This document shows, piece by piece, positions 22,035-31,967 of a DNA stretch of 64,000 nt. The notes beneath the pieces were generated by a model. That model saw nothing but the letters and a program-made list of their open reading frames with translations, was not told the origin of the DNA and ran no database searches. This DNA comes from Candidatus Poribacteria bacterium. Its GTDB lineage: Bacteria > Poribacteria > WGA-4E > PCPOR2b. Made by a program: the position numbers and the translations under genes. The first letter of the stretch is position 1. Each line of letters starts with the position of its first letter. Location: contig OZ244587.1 in NCBI GenBank assembly GCA_965218095.1, forward strand, positions 3,296,001 through 3,360,000. The letters are read 5' to 3'.

Positions 22035-24449
22035 TCAACTGCGGAGTTCCGCTCCCAACTCCCGTTCCAACTGTTTTAAAATCTCTCCGTGAACCTTATC
22101 AACAATTTCATCCGTGAGCGTCTCCGTTTTCGAGTGGTATTCAATTGCGAAGGCAAGGCTTTTCTTTCCTTCGGGGACCTGCTCACCCGTGTACACATCG
22201 AACAGACGGGTCGAACGGACTAACTCACCGCCGGCAGATTGAATAATTTCACCCTGACGACTGGCGGGAATATCGGCGTCCAGCACAATCGCGAGATCAC
22301 GGTTAACGCTAGGGTAGATGGAGATGGATTCAAATTCCTTCACCGGTTCAGCCACGGCGATCAATGTGTCGAAATCGAGCTCGAACAGATACGCCTTGTC
22401 CGGGAGATCATACTTCTCCAGCACCTCCGGGTGGGCTTCCCCGAAGACGCACAGTTTTTCGTCTTCGATGCGGATTTCCGCCTGGCGTCCAGGATGGAAG
22501 GCTGGATGGTCGGTGCGGGTAATGGTATAATCTGAGAAACCGCATCGATCTAGCACGCCTTCGACAACTCCTTTGATGTCGAAGAAGTCTGCCGGACGGA
22601 ACGGATCGCCGTATACACCCGCGCCGAGATTGCCAGCGATGATGCCCGCCACACGCTCAGGCTCATTTGGGAATTCACCCGCTTCAGTTGGTATAAAGAC
22701 TTTGCTGAACTCGAAGAACTGTACGTCGTTGATCTGGTGATTCCGGTTGTGTTGGGCGTTTGCAAGCAAGCTGGGAAGCAGCGTTGTTCGCATAATCGAC
22801 TGATCTTCGCTCAATGGGTTGTGAAGTCGGATGGCTTGACGGAGCGCATCCGTCGACGCGAGGCGAATGCGATCGAAAACGCCCGGATGATAGAAAGCGT
22901 AGTTCATCGCCTCCATCATGCCGCATCCCAGCAGATACGTTTTTACGCGCTCACGCAGCGCTTCCTTCGGGTCAACCTCTGGAATAGGAATGTCGCCCCT
23001 CGGCAGCGTCATTGGGATGTTGTCGAAGCCGTAGACACGCGCAATTTCCTCAATCAGGTCAATCTCTCGTTCCACATCGGGACGGAAGGTGGGCACCGTG
23101 ACGTCAAACTTGGTAACGGCATCAGCGCTATCAGACACAGCAAAACCAAGGCGAGTGAGAATATCACGCATTTCCTCCGCTGAAATCTCCGTTCCCAGTA
23201 CAAAGTTGCCCCGATCGGGTCGGAGCTTAATTCGGACAGCTTGTCGCTTCTCCGGATAGGCATCGACAATCCCCGCACAGACCTCTCCACCGGCGATTTC
23301 CGCGATAAGTTGTGCCGCACGGTTGATAGCTGGAATAACGCCTTCGGGGTCCGCGCCACGTTCAAATCGGTGAGAGGCTTCGGTGTGCATGCCTAAAGCC
23401 TTTGACGTTTTCCGAATGGTTGGTGGGTGGAAGTACGCACTTTCAAGCAGCACATCAACTGTCTGATCGGTAATCTCCGAATCGAAGCCACCCATCACAC
23501 CAGCCAGCGCAACCGGCTTCTCCGCGTCGGCAATGACAAGCATGTCAGGCGTCAACTTCTGTTCTTCCGTATCGATCGTCTTCAACGTCTCACCCGGCTT
23601 AGCGCGGCGGACAACGATCCGGTTCTCAGCCAGTCCATGATAATCGAAAGCGTGCAAGGGGTGTCCGTATTCCATAAGAACATAATTGGTAATATCAACA
23701 ATGTTGTTAATCGTCCCGACGCCGATGGCTTCGAGCCGACGCTGTAGCCAGGATGGCGAAGGCGCGATTTTGACCCCTTGAATGACTCGTGCCGCGTAGC
23801 GTGGACAGAGCTCTGGGGCATCAATCGTCACGCGGGTGAGATTGTGAATATCTGCCATTCCCTCCTGGACGTTCACCTCGGGCAGCCTTAATGGATTTCC
23901 CGTGGTCACGCTCGTTTCCCTGGCGACCCCAATCGTGCTGAGGCAATCCGGACGATTGGGCGTGATCTCCAGTTCCAGCACAACATCGTCCAAACCGAGG
24001 ACCTCGACAAGCGGTGCGCCAATTTGCAGGTCGCTGGGAAGTTCCATCAAGCCTGATGCCTCATCAGAAATCGCCAACTCCTTCTCCGAGCAGAGTATCC
24101 CTTGCGATTCCTCGCCCCGAATTTTTGCCCGCTTGATTGTCAACCTGTTGGGCAGCTGCGCACCGACGAGCGCAACGGGGGCAACCAACCCTTCACGCGC
24201 ATTTGGGGCACCGCAGACGATTTGTGCGTCTGTGCCCGACCCGACATCAACGTTGCATAGCACTAGTTTGTCCGCCTTCGGGTGCTTCCTCACGGCGTTG
24301 ATTCTGCCAACGACCACCTGATCCAGTCCCTCTCCAAGCCGTTTAATTGATTCGATTTCAATGCCAAGCATCAGCAAACGATCCGCGAGCGCTTCGGGAG
24401 ATAGGTCGAAATCGACATATTCTTTTAACCACTTGATGCTTACGTTCAT
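22035..24449 (-). CDS. pheT: Phenylalanine--tRNA ligase beta subunit
   Basis: MNVSIKWLKEY, CGAPN, TPNRPDCLS, HRFERG, RTTLLPSLL, FDX-ACB RDLAIV. Confidence 0.98.
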   Translation of the reverse strand: MNVSIKWLKEYVDFDLSPEALADRLLMLGIEIESIKRLGEGLDQVVVGRINAVRKHPKADKLVLCNVDVGSGTDAQIVCGAPNAREGLVAPVALVGAQLPNRLTIKRAKIRGEESQGILCSEKELAISDEASGLMELPSDLQIGAPLVEVLGLDDVVLELEITPNRPDCLSTIGVARETSVTTGNPLRLPEVNVQEGMADIHNLTRVTIDAPELCPRYAARVIQGVKIAPSPSWLQRRLEAIGVGTINNIVDITNYVLMEYGHPLHAFDYHGLAENRIVVRRAKPGETLKTIDTEEQKLTPDMLVIADAEKPVALAGVMGGFDSEITDQTVDVLLESAYFHPPTIRKTSKALGMHTEASHRFERGADPEGVIPAINRAAQLIAEIAGGEVCAGIVDAYPEKRQAVRIKLRPDRGNFVLGTEISAEEMRDILTRLGFAVSDSADAVTKFDVTVPTFRPDVEREIDLIEEIARVYGFDNIPMTLPRGDIPIPEVDPKEALRERVKTYLLGCGMMEAMNYAFYHPGVFDRIRLASTDALRQAIRLHNPLSEDQSIMRTTLLPSLLANAQHNRNHQINDVQFFEFSKVFIPTEAGEFPNEPERVAGIIAGNLGAGVYGDPFRPADFFDIKGVVEGVLDRCGFSDYTITRTDHPAFHPGRQAEIRIEDEKLCVFGEAHPEVLEKYDLPDKAYLFELDFDTLIAVAEPVKEFESISIYPSVNRDLAIVLDADIPASRQGEIIQSAGGELVRSTRLFDVYTGEQVPEGKKSLAFAIEYHSKTETLTDEIVDKVHGEILKQLERELGAELRS

Positions 24450-24452
24450 TCT

Positions 24453-25194
24453 TTAATTTCCTCCGTAGACTAACTGACACAGATAATCTCCGCTACTGTT
24501 CTAACCAATTAATGTGGGGTTCCATCCATGTTTCAGAGTTATTTTTGATAAAGTGTCAAAATCCACATGAAGCCAACCAAATTCTGGGCCAACAACATCT
24601 TTATATTTGAGTTGAAATCGCATTTCACCGACATAGGCACCGGCCCGTATTTGGGTTTGTAGGTATTTAAGGTGAACGATTTTTTGTGTCCTTCTCGCAT
24701 CTAAAGAATCCCCGATAATCTGTCCGCCAGGGGCAATGATCTTGGAAACTTGTTTCAGCAACTTTCCTAAGCCATCAAGATCTGCGACTATCCCAAGGCC
24801 ATGATCTAACATCAGCACGGTGTCAAATTTGCCTTCGTTATATTCAAAGATGTTGGCATGCTTAACGTTCCTGACGCCCCTCTCCTTCATGATTTCCACG
24901 GATCGGGCGGAGATGTCAATTGCCGTTAAATCAAAACCCCTTTCTTGTAGGATTAAACTATGACGCCCGGCACCCGCCCCGACATCAAGGATTTTGCCTC
25001 GGCACAGATCTAGCGTCTTCTTCGTCCCAGGGTAGACTCAGGTCATTAGCGAAGAAGCCTTCAATCAATTGCTTGTCGGCATAGCCATCGTCTCGCACAA
25101 TAAATAGTTCTCCTGGCTGCCTCCGGTGGTAATAATCCCAAGGTGCCATACCTAACGGTTCCATCGGTTCTACATCCAGATTTTCATTCGACAT
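24453..25194 (-). pseudogene. Class I SAM-dependent methyltransferase inserted between pheS and pheT
   Basis: KILDVGAGAGRHSLILQERG...AIDIS motif I; frameshift near 25020; probable premature TAG at 24501. Confidence 0.8.
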
Positions 25195-25243
25195 CTCTAA
25201 CACCTTCTTTGAAATGTGACCGTCTGTTACACCTTTCACCCAT

Positions 25244-26260
25244 TTAAAATTGCTGTGCGAACCGCATATCGTTTTCAAAGAATATTCGCAGATCCGGAAT
25301 GCCGTATTTCAAAGCTGCAATCCGATCGACACCCATGCCAAACGCAAAGCCGGTAACCTGTTCCGGATCGTAATTGACATAACGGAAGACGTTTGGATGC
25401 ACCGAGCCCGCCCCCAAGATCTCGAGCCAACCGGTGCCTGAGCAGAGGCGACACCCTCTGCCGTGACAAGTCGTGCAGGAGATATCGACCTCCGCACTCG
25501 GCTCTGTGAATGGGAAGAAATGGGGGCGGAATCGAGTCCGTGTTCCCTCCCCGAACATCTGTTGCGCGAAAGCGTATAATACACCCTTCAACTCACTGAA
25601 AGTGACGTGATGATCGACCAGCAAACCTTCGATCTGATGGAACATCGGCGTGTGGGAAGCATCGGAGTCGCATCGATACACCCGCCCCGGAACGATAATC
25701 CGCACAGGAGGCTTCTGTTTTTCCATGTAGCGTATTTGAACCGGCGAGGTATGCGTCCGCAACAGCAGGCTATCGGTGACGTAAAATGTATCGTGTGCAT
25801 CTCGCGCGGGGTGGTCTGCTGGTGTGTTCAGCGCATTGAAGTTGTAGTATTCATGCTCAATCTCCGGCCCTTGAGCGATCTGGAATCCCATGCCCCGGAA
25901 GATCTCCTGAACTTGGTCAAAGGTTTGTGTCACCGGATGCTTTTTCCCAAGCTGCGGCAGTCGACCGGGAAGCGTAATATCCACAGCCTCCGTTGCAAGC
26001 TGTTGTTTTTGTTCTTGTCGGGTCAGGGTTTGCTCGACTTGATCAAAAGCCTCCGTGAGGTTGGCCCGCACTTCATTTGCGAGTTTGCCAACAACCGGCC
26101 GCTCCGCTTTGGAGAGTTTGCCCATCCCTCGCATCACTGCGGAGAGCAAACCTTTGCGTCCGAAGTACTTAATCCGTAGGGATTCGAGTTCGCGCAAGTC
26201 GTTCACAGTTTTAAGTTCTGTCAACGCTTCAGTTTTGATCTGTTTCAGTTGTCCTTGCAT
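25244..26260 (-). CDS. pheS: Phenylalanine--tRNA ligase alpha subunit
   Basis: HPARDAHDTFY, LLRTHTSPVQIR, FPFTEPSAEVD, GFAFGMGVDR. Confidence 0.98.
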   Translation of the reverse strand: MQGQLKQIKTEALTELKTVNDLRELESLRIKYFGRKGLLSAVMRGMGKLSKAERPVVGKLANEVRANLTEAFDQVEQTLTRQEQKQQLATEAVDITLPGRLPQLGKKHPVTQTFDQVQEIFRGMGFQIAQGPEIEHEYYNFNALNTPADHPARDAHDTFYVTDSLLLRTHTSPVQIRYMEKQKPPVRIIVPGRVYRCDSDASHTPMFHQIEGLLVDHHVTFSELKGVLYAFAQQMFGEGTRTRFRPHFFPFTEPSAEVDISCTTCHGRGCRLCSGTGWLEILGAGSVHPNVFRYVNYDPEQVTGFAFGMGVDRIAALKYGIPDLRIFFENDMRFAQQF

Positions 26261-26361
26261 GTTAACCTCCAGAATTCGAGTGCCAAACCTTCAGAAGGTT
26301 CCAAACCTCCCGAAGATTATACCATTTCCGAATTCAGAATTGGAATATAAATACGTTGCAA

Positions 26362-26407
26362 TAAAAAACGCCTGTCAATTCGTCCTAGGGACGAAAGTGA
26401 CAGGCGT
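26362..26407 (-). terminator. Intrinsic terminator of the T-box leader
   Basis: ACGCCTGTCA/TGACAGGCGT stem followed by a U-tract on the minus strand. Confidence 0.85.
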
Positions 26408-26640
26408 CAAAACCTTCCGCGGTACCACCCTAATTGGCAAATATAGCATTTGCCCACTTCATTGGTCGTTTCGATAACGGTGAAACTCCCGGCACGAGCC
26501 TACTTGCCTGCAATCGGCGTTCAACTCGGCGGCTCCAGGATGAAATTCGGTGGCTCGTTCCAAAGATACGCTTTCAGCCGGTGACGCATCCTCTCTGCTT
26601 GGAAGCCTCCAACCGCTTACTGTGTCCCTTCACAACCTTT
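26362..26640 (-). promoter_or_regulatory. Phe T-box riboswitch (tRNA-dependent antitermination leader of pheS)
   Basis: Minus strand shows an AGTA box, CAGAGAG and GGCTGAAA stem-I loops, specifier GAATTTCATCC (UUC/UUU), T-box AATTAGGGTGGTACCGCGG (26417-26435), then the terminator ACGCCTGTCA...TGACAGGCGT-TTTTT. Confidence 0.92.
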
Positions 26641-26693
26641 ACACAAACTCAATTTTATAATGTAGCCCCGAGCGTGGTCGGGATTTGAGTCCA

Positions 26694-27041
26694 TTAACCT
26701 TTCGCAAGTTCCGCAATACGGGCAAATCCAGCTTCATCATAAACAGCCATGTCCGCAAGAACCTTACGATTAAGTTCGATTCCTGCTTTTTTCAATCCGT
26801 TCATGAAGCGGCTGTAAGATAAGCCATGCATCCGTGCGGCGGCATTGATACGAGCAATCCACAACCGTCTGAATTCCCGTTTCCGCGCCCGGCGGTGGGC
26901 ATAGGCATAGTTCCAACCTTTTTCGACGGCTTCCATCGCAGATCGCTTCAAATTATTACGCCCACCGCGATAGCCCTTCGAGTGCTTCATGATTCTTTTT
27001 CGACGTTTGCTGCGGACAACACCTGTTTTTACTCTTGCCAT
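26694..27041 (-). CDS. rplT: 50S ribosomal protein L20
   Basis: MARVKTG...KGYRG...[14 protein letters not shown]...[10 protein letters not shown]; AAGGAG RBS before ATG 27041. Confidence 0.98.
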   Translation of the reverse strand: MARVKTGVVRSKRRKRIMKHSKGYRGGRNNLKRSAMEAVEKGWNYAYAHRRARKREFRRLWIARINAAARMHGLSYSRFMNGLKKAGIELNRKVLADMAVYDEAGFARIAELAKG

Positions 27042-27071
27042 TTTTAGCTCCTTGAACAAACCACGTTAATT

Positions 27072-27266
27072 CTAATCGGGAAGCAAGCGACGCAGCCTTT
27101 TCGTGTTTGTCTTATCCACAAGGGCACTTTTCCTGAGATTCCGCTTCCGTTTTGCTGTCTTCGATAGAAACAAGTGGTTGGAATAAGCTTTGTGTCTACG
27201 AATTTTCCCTTTGCCTGTGAACTTAAAACGCTTGGCTGCGCCCTTATGGGTCTTAATTTTCGGCAT
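27072..27266 (-). CDS. rpmI: 50S ribosomal protein L35
   Basis: MPKIKTHKGAAKRFKFTGKGK. Confidence 0.98.
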   Translation of the reverse strand: MPKIKTHKGAAKRFKFTGKGKIRRHKAYSNHLFLSKTAKRKRNLRKSALVDKTNTKRLRRLLPD

Positions 27267-27281
27267 TTTACTGTTGCTCCT

Positions 27282-27836
27282 CTATTTATCCGACTTTGGC
27301 GCCAAGATCATAAACATTGATCGACTTTCCATCCGTGGTGGTAACTCAATCTCACCGACATCAGCTACATCTGCTGCGAGTCGTTGCAGCATTTCTTTGC
27401 CGAGGTCGGTGTGCAACATCTCACGCCCACTGAATCTAACTGCTGTTTTGACTTTCCAACCATTCAATAAAAACTCACGGGCATGACGCATCTTGAATTG
27501 AAAGTCGTGATCCGCGGTTCTTACGGATTTAAACTTTATTTCTTTCAGGACAACTTTGGCTTGTTTCTTCTTAGCTTCTTTCGCCCGTTTGCTTTTCTCA
27601 TACTGGAATTTACCATAATCCATAATTTTGCAAACAGGTGGATCCGAATTTGGTGAAACTTCCACTAAGTCGAGCCCTTCTTCCATAGCCCGATCTAACG
27701 CTTCATAGGTAGACATCACGCCGAGTTTTTCGTTCTCTAGACTTATCACCAAAACTTGCTTTGCCCGGATCTGCCGATTCACTCGGTTTTGTTGCTGCTG
27801 CACTATTTGATAGGAACGGCGGCCTCTGCTTTGAAT
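27282..27836 (-). CDS. infC: Translation initiation factor IF-3, probable AUU start
   Basis: NRQIRA, GLDLVEVSPN..PPVCKIMDYGKF; in-frame ATT at 27836 preceded by a GGGGGTG SD-like sequence. Confidence 0.95.
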   Translation of the reverse strand: MQSRGRRSYQIVQQQQNRVNRQIRAKQVLVISLENEKLGVMSTYEALDRAMEEGLDLVEVSPNSDPPVCKIMDYGKFQYEKSKRAKEAKKKQAKVVLKEIKFKSVRTADHDFQFKMRHAREFLLNGWKVKTAVRFSGREMLHTDLGKEMLQRLAADVADVGEIELPPRMESRSMFMILAPKSDK

Positions 27837-28069
27837 CTTTTACACCCCCAAATATGTATCAATGTACATCGAAGGAGTTAATTCCTACAATATACAGTTA
27901 ATTCTTTCGCTAACCGTAACCTCAATAAAACGGTAGGGTATTTTAGCATATCCTAATCTGTGAATGCAAGAGAAAATCCCTGTCAATCATATACTTTTCT
28001 CATAGATATACACACCTCCCAATGCAGACATGCCGGACTCTTCCGCCAACACCGTCCCTCGGCTTTTGA

Positions 28070-28426
28070 TCAAAAGTACCCAATCGTCCATAGAGTGCGC
28101 AAAACAATCAAACCGCCTCCCATGCCGCCAAAGACTAGGATTAGCAGAATACTCACGATCAGCGCCAATCGGACGATTTGTTCTCCCAATGGGGGTTGTT
28201 CGATTGACCAAGCGTGTGCCAGCCAGAAGGTCAAGGCGACGCTGATAAGGATCAAAATTGATGCCCCCAAGATACCAAGCAGAAGCTCTGTGAAATCAAC
28301 CATCATCATCGTTTCAATCAAAGAACCACTCGGCGACCAACGTTTGATAACACCAATCAGAACCCCGATGAGCGCCAGAATGAAAATTAAGAAAGCAATT
28401 AGCGTTTTTTTGAATGCTGTTTTCAT
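28070..28426 (-). CDS. Small hypothetical membrane protein (about 3 TM helices)
   Basis: Hydrophobic 118-aa ORF; no recognised family. Confidence 0.45.
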   Translation of the reverse strand: MKTAFKKTLIAFLIFILALIGVLIGVIKRWSPSGSLIETMMMVDFTELLLGILGASILILISVALTFWLAHAWSIEQPPLGEQIVRLALIVSILLILVFGGMGGGLIVLRTLWTIGYF

Positions 28427-28802
28427 TTCATTTTCAAGATGGCGTATAAATTCGACCTGGGTTTGGATGAGATTAAATCAACCGGAATATGTACTATCAC
28501 TAAATGCGTGGTGTGCTCTGTTCTATTTGGCGTATTGAGAAAACAACGAACAATTTGAGTTCAGGGGTTCAAAAGTTCAATGAACCCTTTGAACTTTTGA
28601 ACTCCCCGATAGATTGAGGCAGGCTCTGTAGGCTTGCGACGTTAACTGTCCAGTTCCGGTGTGGGTTCTCAAAGGTTTAGTAATAGAACACACCATCCCG
28701 AGATATACCAATAAAAAATATATCACATTCAACGCTTTTTCACAACACCTTTACAATGACTTTGTTAGATTAAAAGAGCTCATCGGCAGATCCACTGGTG
28801 GC

Positions 28803-28891
28803 TTACCCCCCGGCCCCCGCCCCTCAATCCCCCAACTTTGGGGGGAAGGGGAGAATCGCAAAAACTCCCCCAGAATTGGGGGACGGGGGAC
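28803..28891. repeat. GC-rich REP-like palindromic element (CCCCAACTTTGGGGG...CCCCAGAATTGGGGG)
   Basis: Nested inverted repeats; related copies at about 58310-58400 and 58615-58640. Confidence 0.7.
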
Positions 28892-28998
28892 GAATGACTA
28901 ACAAGAAAGGGTTCATTGAGAAAGCGTGTGATGACAGCATGCTAAAGGTTCAACCATCAACGCTGTTCCTTGATTTTCGGCGTCACGAGCATCGGGCA

Positions 28999-29205
28999 TC
29001 ATACGGTGAAGCCGTGCGCTTTCCCGTAGCGGGGTAACCAGTAATCAAACCAGATCTGTTCGCACCGATCGTCGCAAAACTTCAGCGATTTGCCCCCGTA
29101 TTCAACACGCCACAGATGCTTCACCATCATCTTTCCACAGAAGTCGCAGCGGTGAATCTGCGTTGCATACAGCGCCTCAGAAATCGGTTCCCACTGACCT
29201 GTCAG
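28999..29205 (-). CDS. Small putative metal-binding protein (CDFC...CDDRC, TRASH/zinc-ribbon-like), not in the ORF track
   Basis: AAAGGAGG RBS then CTG overlapping the upstream TGA; reads (M)TGQWEPISEALYATQIHRCDFCGKMMVKHLWRVEYGGKSLKFCDDRCEQIWFDYWLPRYG. Confidence 0.6.
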   Translation of the reverse strand: MTGQWEPISEALYATQIHRCDFCGKMMVKHLWRVEYGGKSLKFCDDRCEQIWFDYWLPRYGKAHGFTV

Positions 29206-30990
29206 GATATCCTCCTTTCGTGGCGTAGGCGCTTCGTGGCATCTTCATCAACATGCCAGTCTCCATCCTCGTTCCGGACGAGGAACACGGTGTACACGTC
29301 ACGGGCTTCTTCAGGAGAGACGAAGCCCTCGCGGACATCCTCCAGAACCTGGGTAGCCTCGCGCGCTTCAGGTGGTCCATACCCGCCGCCGCCCGGACTG
29401 GCGATCATGATTTCATCGCCTGCTTGGATCTGAATATCAGCGAATTTGTTGGGCGAGGCGGTCCCGTACACTTCGGAGAACGTCCGCTATTGGTCATCTT
29501 TCTTTTTTCGAATCCGTACCGTTCCGCTCCCGCCTTCTTTCCCCCCCAAGAGCCCCCACGCCCGTGTTTCATGGCGGTCCATGAAGTTAGAAACGGTGAT
29601 TTCCGGAGCGAGCGCCTGGATGATTCTTTCGCTGCCACACCCACCGCGGTGCCGACCGTGCCCTCCCGAATTCTCGACAATGCGATACGTTTTCGTCAAC
29701 CAGGGGTAGCGCGTCTCAAAGACCTCCACCGGCGTATTCCGACAATTTCCATTAATCGGGCATTGGGTGTGGTTTCCGTCGCCGGTTGCCTTGCCGCCCC
29801 AGCCACATCCATCAATATGGTAGTTCGCGTAATACTGGCCCGTACTCGGGTGCATCCCCCCGAAAAGAAAGTTGCACGAACTGGCACCAGTCGCTGCAGC
29901 GACTCGCTCGGGCACGGCTTGCGAAAGGCAACCGAACAAAACATCGACAACCCGCTCGTGGATCTCAGAGTTGCCGCCGACGCTGGGCCCTGGGTGTTCC
30001 ACGTTCATGACAGTGCCGGGCGGAACGATGAGTTGAATTGGTCGATAGCAGCTGGAGTTGCGGGGGATGGTCTGATCGGTGATGTTGAGCATCGCGTTGA
30101 ACGTCGCCGATGCGGTCACGCCATACGTGCAGTTGCAGGGCCCCCGCGCTTGGGGACTCGACCCGGTGTAATCAAAGAGCATCTCCTCGTCTCGCACGAT
30201 GACCGTGCAGTTGATTCGGTACCGTTTGTCGGGGACGACGCCGTCATTTTCGATCCAGTCGTCAAGTTGATACTCACCGTTGGGAATGTCTCGAATCTCT
30301 GCCCGCATACGCGCTTCTGAGTAGTCCATGAGTTGCTTCCCGGCGGTGAGGATCTCATCAAATCCATAACGGTCAAGCAGTTGTGTGGAGTCGTCGCTCC
30401 GCCACGTTGAGTGAACCAATCATCGCGTGAAAGTCACCCCAGGAGGTTCGAGGTGTGCGGTGGTTGGAGAGAATAATCTTCCAGATGTCGTCCACATACT
30501 CCCCCTCGCGGATAATCTTGACCGGCGGCAATCGCAACCCCTTTTGATACACCTCCTTTGCGTCCGCCGCAAAACCGCCCACCGCCTTCCCGCCAATCTC
30601 CGTGACATGCGCGATATTGCCAATGAATCCGTACAATTCACCGTTGTGGTAGACCGCCTTTATCACCGTGTGCTCCGGCATGTGGCAACCGCCGCGATAG
30701 GGGTCGTTGTGCATCACCACATCGCCGGGTTTGAAATTCTCCAGACCGACTTCGGCGATAGTCCACTGCATAGTGTACAGAATTGCGCCGATCTGGGCAG
30801 GACAGAACTCCGCATACGCCACCATTTCGCCGTCACGGTCAAAGATGACGCAAGAGAAATCGAGCCCTTCATTAAAGATAGACGAATACGAGGTCTTCAT
30901 CATCGCCAATCCCATCTCACGACAGGTGTTGACGAGGTAGTTGTTGATGATGGTGAGGGTCACGCTGTCTAGTGATTTTTCCGTTGTCAT
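29202..30990 (-). pseudogene. Second hydantoinase B/oxoprolinase gene with two frameshifts
   Basis: Three consecutive ORFs carry NDPYRGGCHMPE, NTPVEVFETRYP and SPGGGGYGPP; shifts near 30385 and 29490. Confidence 0.85.
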
Positions 30991-31032
30991 AGATTTTTCG
31001 CAGTGGAACTGATGGTTTCCAAGCAGGATACA

Positions 31033-31252
31033 TCAGACATTCAGAAACTCATCGAAGCGTTTGAAGAGTTTGTCTTCCTCTTGAGGAGAAACATCTGTAA
31101 GTTCTCTATCTTTTGAGAAAACATCCCCAAACTCTCCTGCAGCCAATAAATTGTCGATTGTTTCACAGATAGCCTTTTCGGTGAGTCTTTGGACAATAAT
31201 CATGTTAGATACCCAGAAATATAGACCACCAACGCACTCTCCAGTCTTTTTA
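31033..31252 (-). pseudogene. C-terminal part of a hypothetical protein truncated at the IS5 remnant
   Basis: KTGECVGGLYFWVSNMIIVQRLTEKAICETIDNLLAAGEF; open frame stops at the IS end. Confidence 0.55.
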
Positions 31253-31253
31253 T

Positions 31254-31510
31254 AAGCCGGTTGAAACTTTTAACAGATGCAAAAGCAATACAAACCGCAA
31301 GCAGAAAAAACGAGGACGGCCGCGCCTGTTGGATGTGGGGATTTATGCCAAGCGGTTTTGCGTTGAGCGCAGCTTCGCTTGGGTGGACAAATACAAGCGA
31401 TTACTGATTCGATTTGAGAGGACCGATGCCAACTTTTTCGGCTTCCATTGTATTGCTTTTGCTATGATTAACCTACGCCATTTACTAGCGTGAAAAGTTT
31501 CAACCGGTTC
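31254..31510 (+). mobile_element. Internally deleted IS5-family element retaining both TIRs and the transposase C-terminus
   Basis: TIR core CCGGTTGAAACTTTT / AAAAGTTTCAACCGG; internal frame KRGRPRLLDVGIYAKRFCVERSFAWVDKYKRLLIRFERTDANFFGFHCIAFAMINLR*. Confidence 0.82.
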
Positions 31511-31802
31511 AATTGCTAAATAGTCAGAAGGATGCTTGACACTACTCCTAACTATCACAATTATAGCACGATTGCCAAAAAAAAAGAAATCAAAAAGAAT
31601 CTGAGGCTCGATCAACAGGAACTTACTGACTTCGTATGAAAAGTTAGAAAGTATAGAGGAATGGCGTATTGAGACCAACGCCCGGCCCGATAGATCGGGA
31701 TGCAAGCAGCTTCGCTCAACTTGATTTCGATACGGCTATGCCTACTCAATCGGCGCTTATTAATCCGAAAACTAAATGACCCTGGCAAGAAATCCGTATC
31801 CC

Positions 31803-31832
31803 TTGACAGATAAGCTCTGATTATGTGATAAT
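31803..31832 (+). promoter_or_regulatory. Sigma70-type promoter candidate
   Basis: TTGACA-N18-GATAAT upstream of the helicase pseudogene. Confidence 0.4.
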
Positions 31833-31967
31833 AGCTCTATCCTGAAAGGAAGATGGGGAAAGACGATGGGTGACTGGACGGAAAGAAAGATAGAAGCGGG
31901 AAGAACGGAAGGAAGAAAAGGAATATTACGTTTCATGTTTTATGCATCATGTCTGCAATTTCAACTT

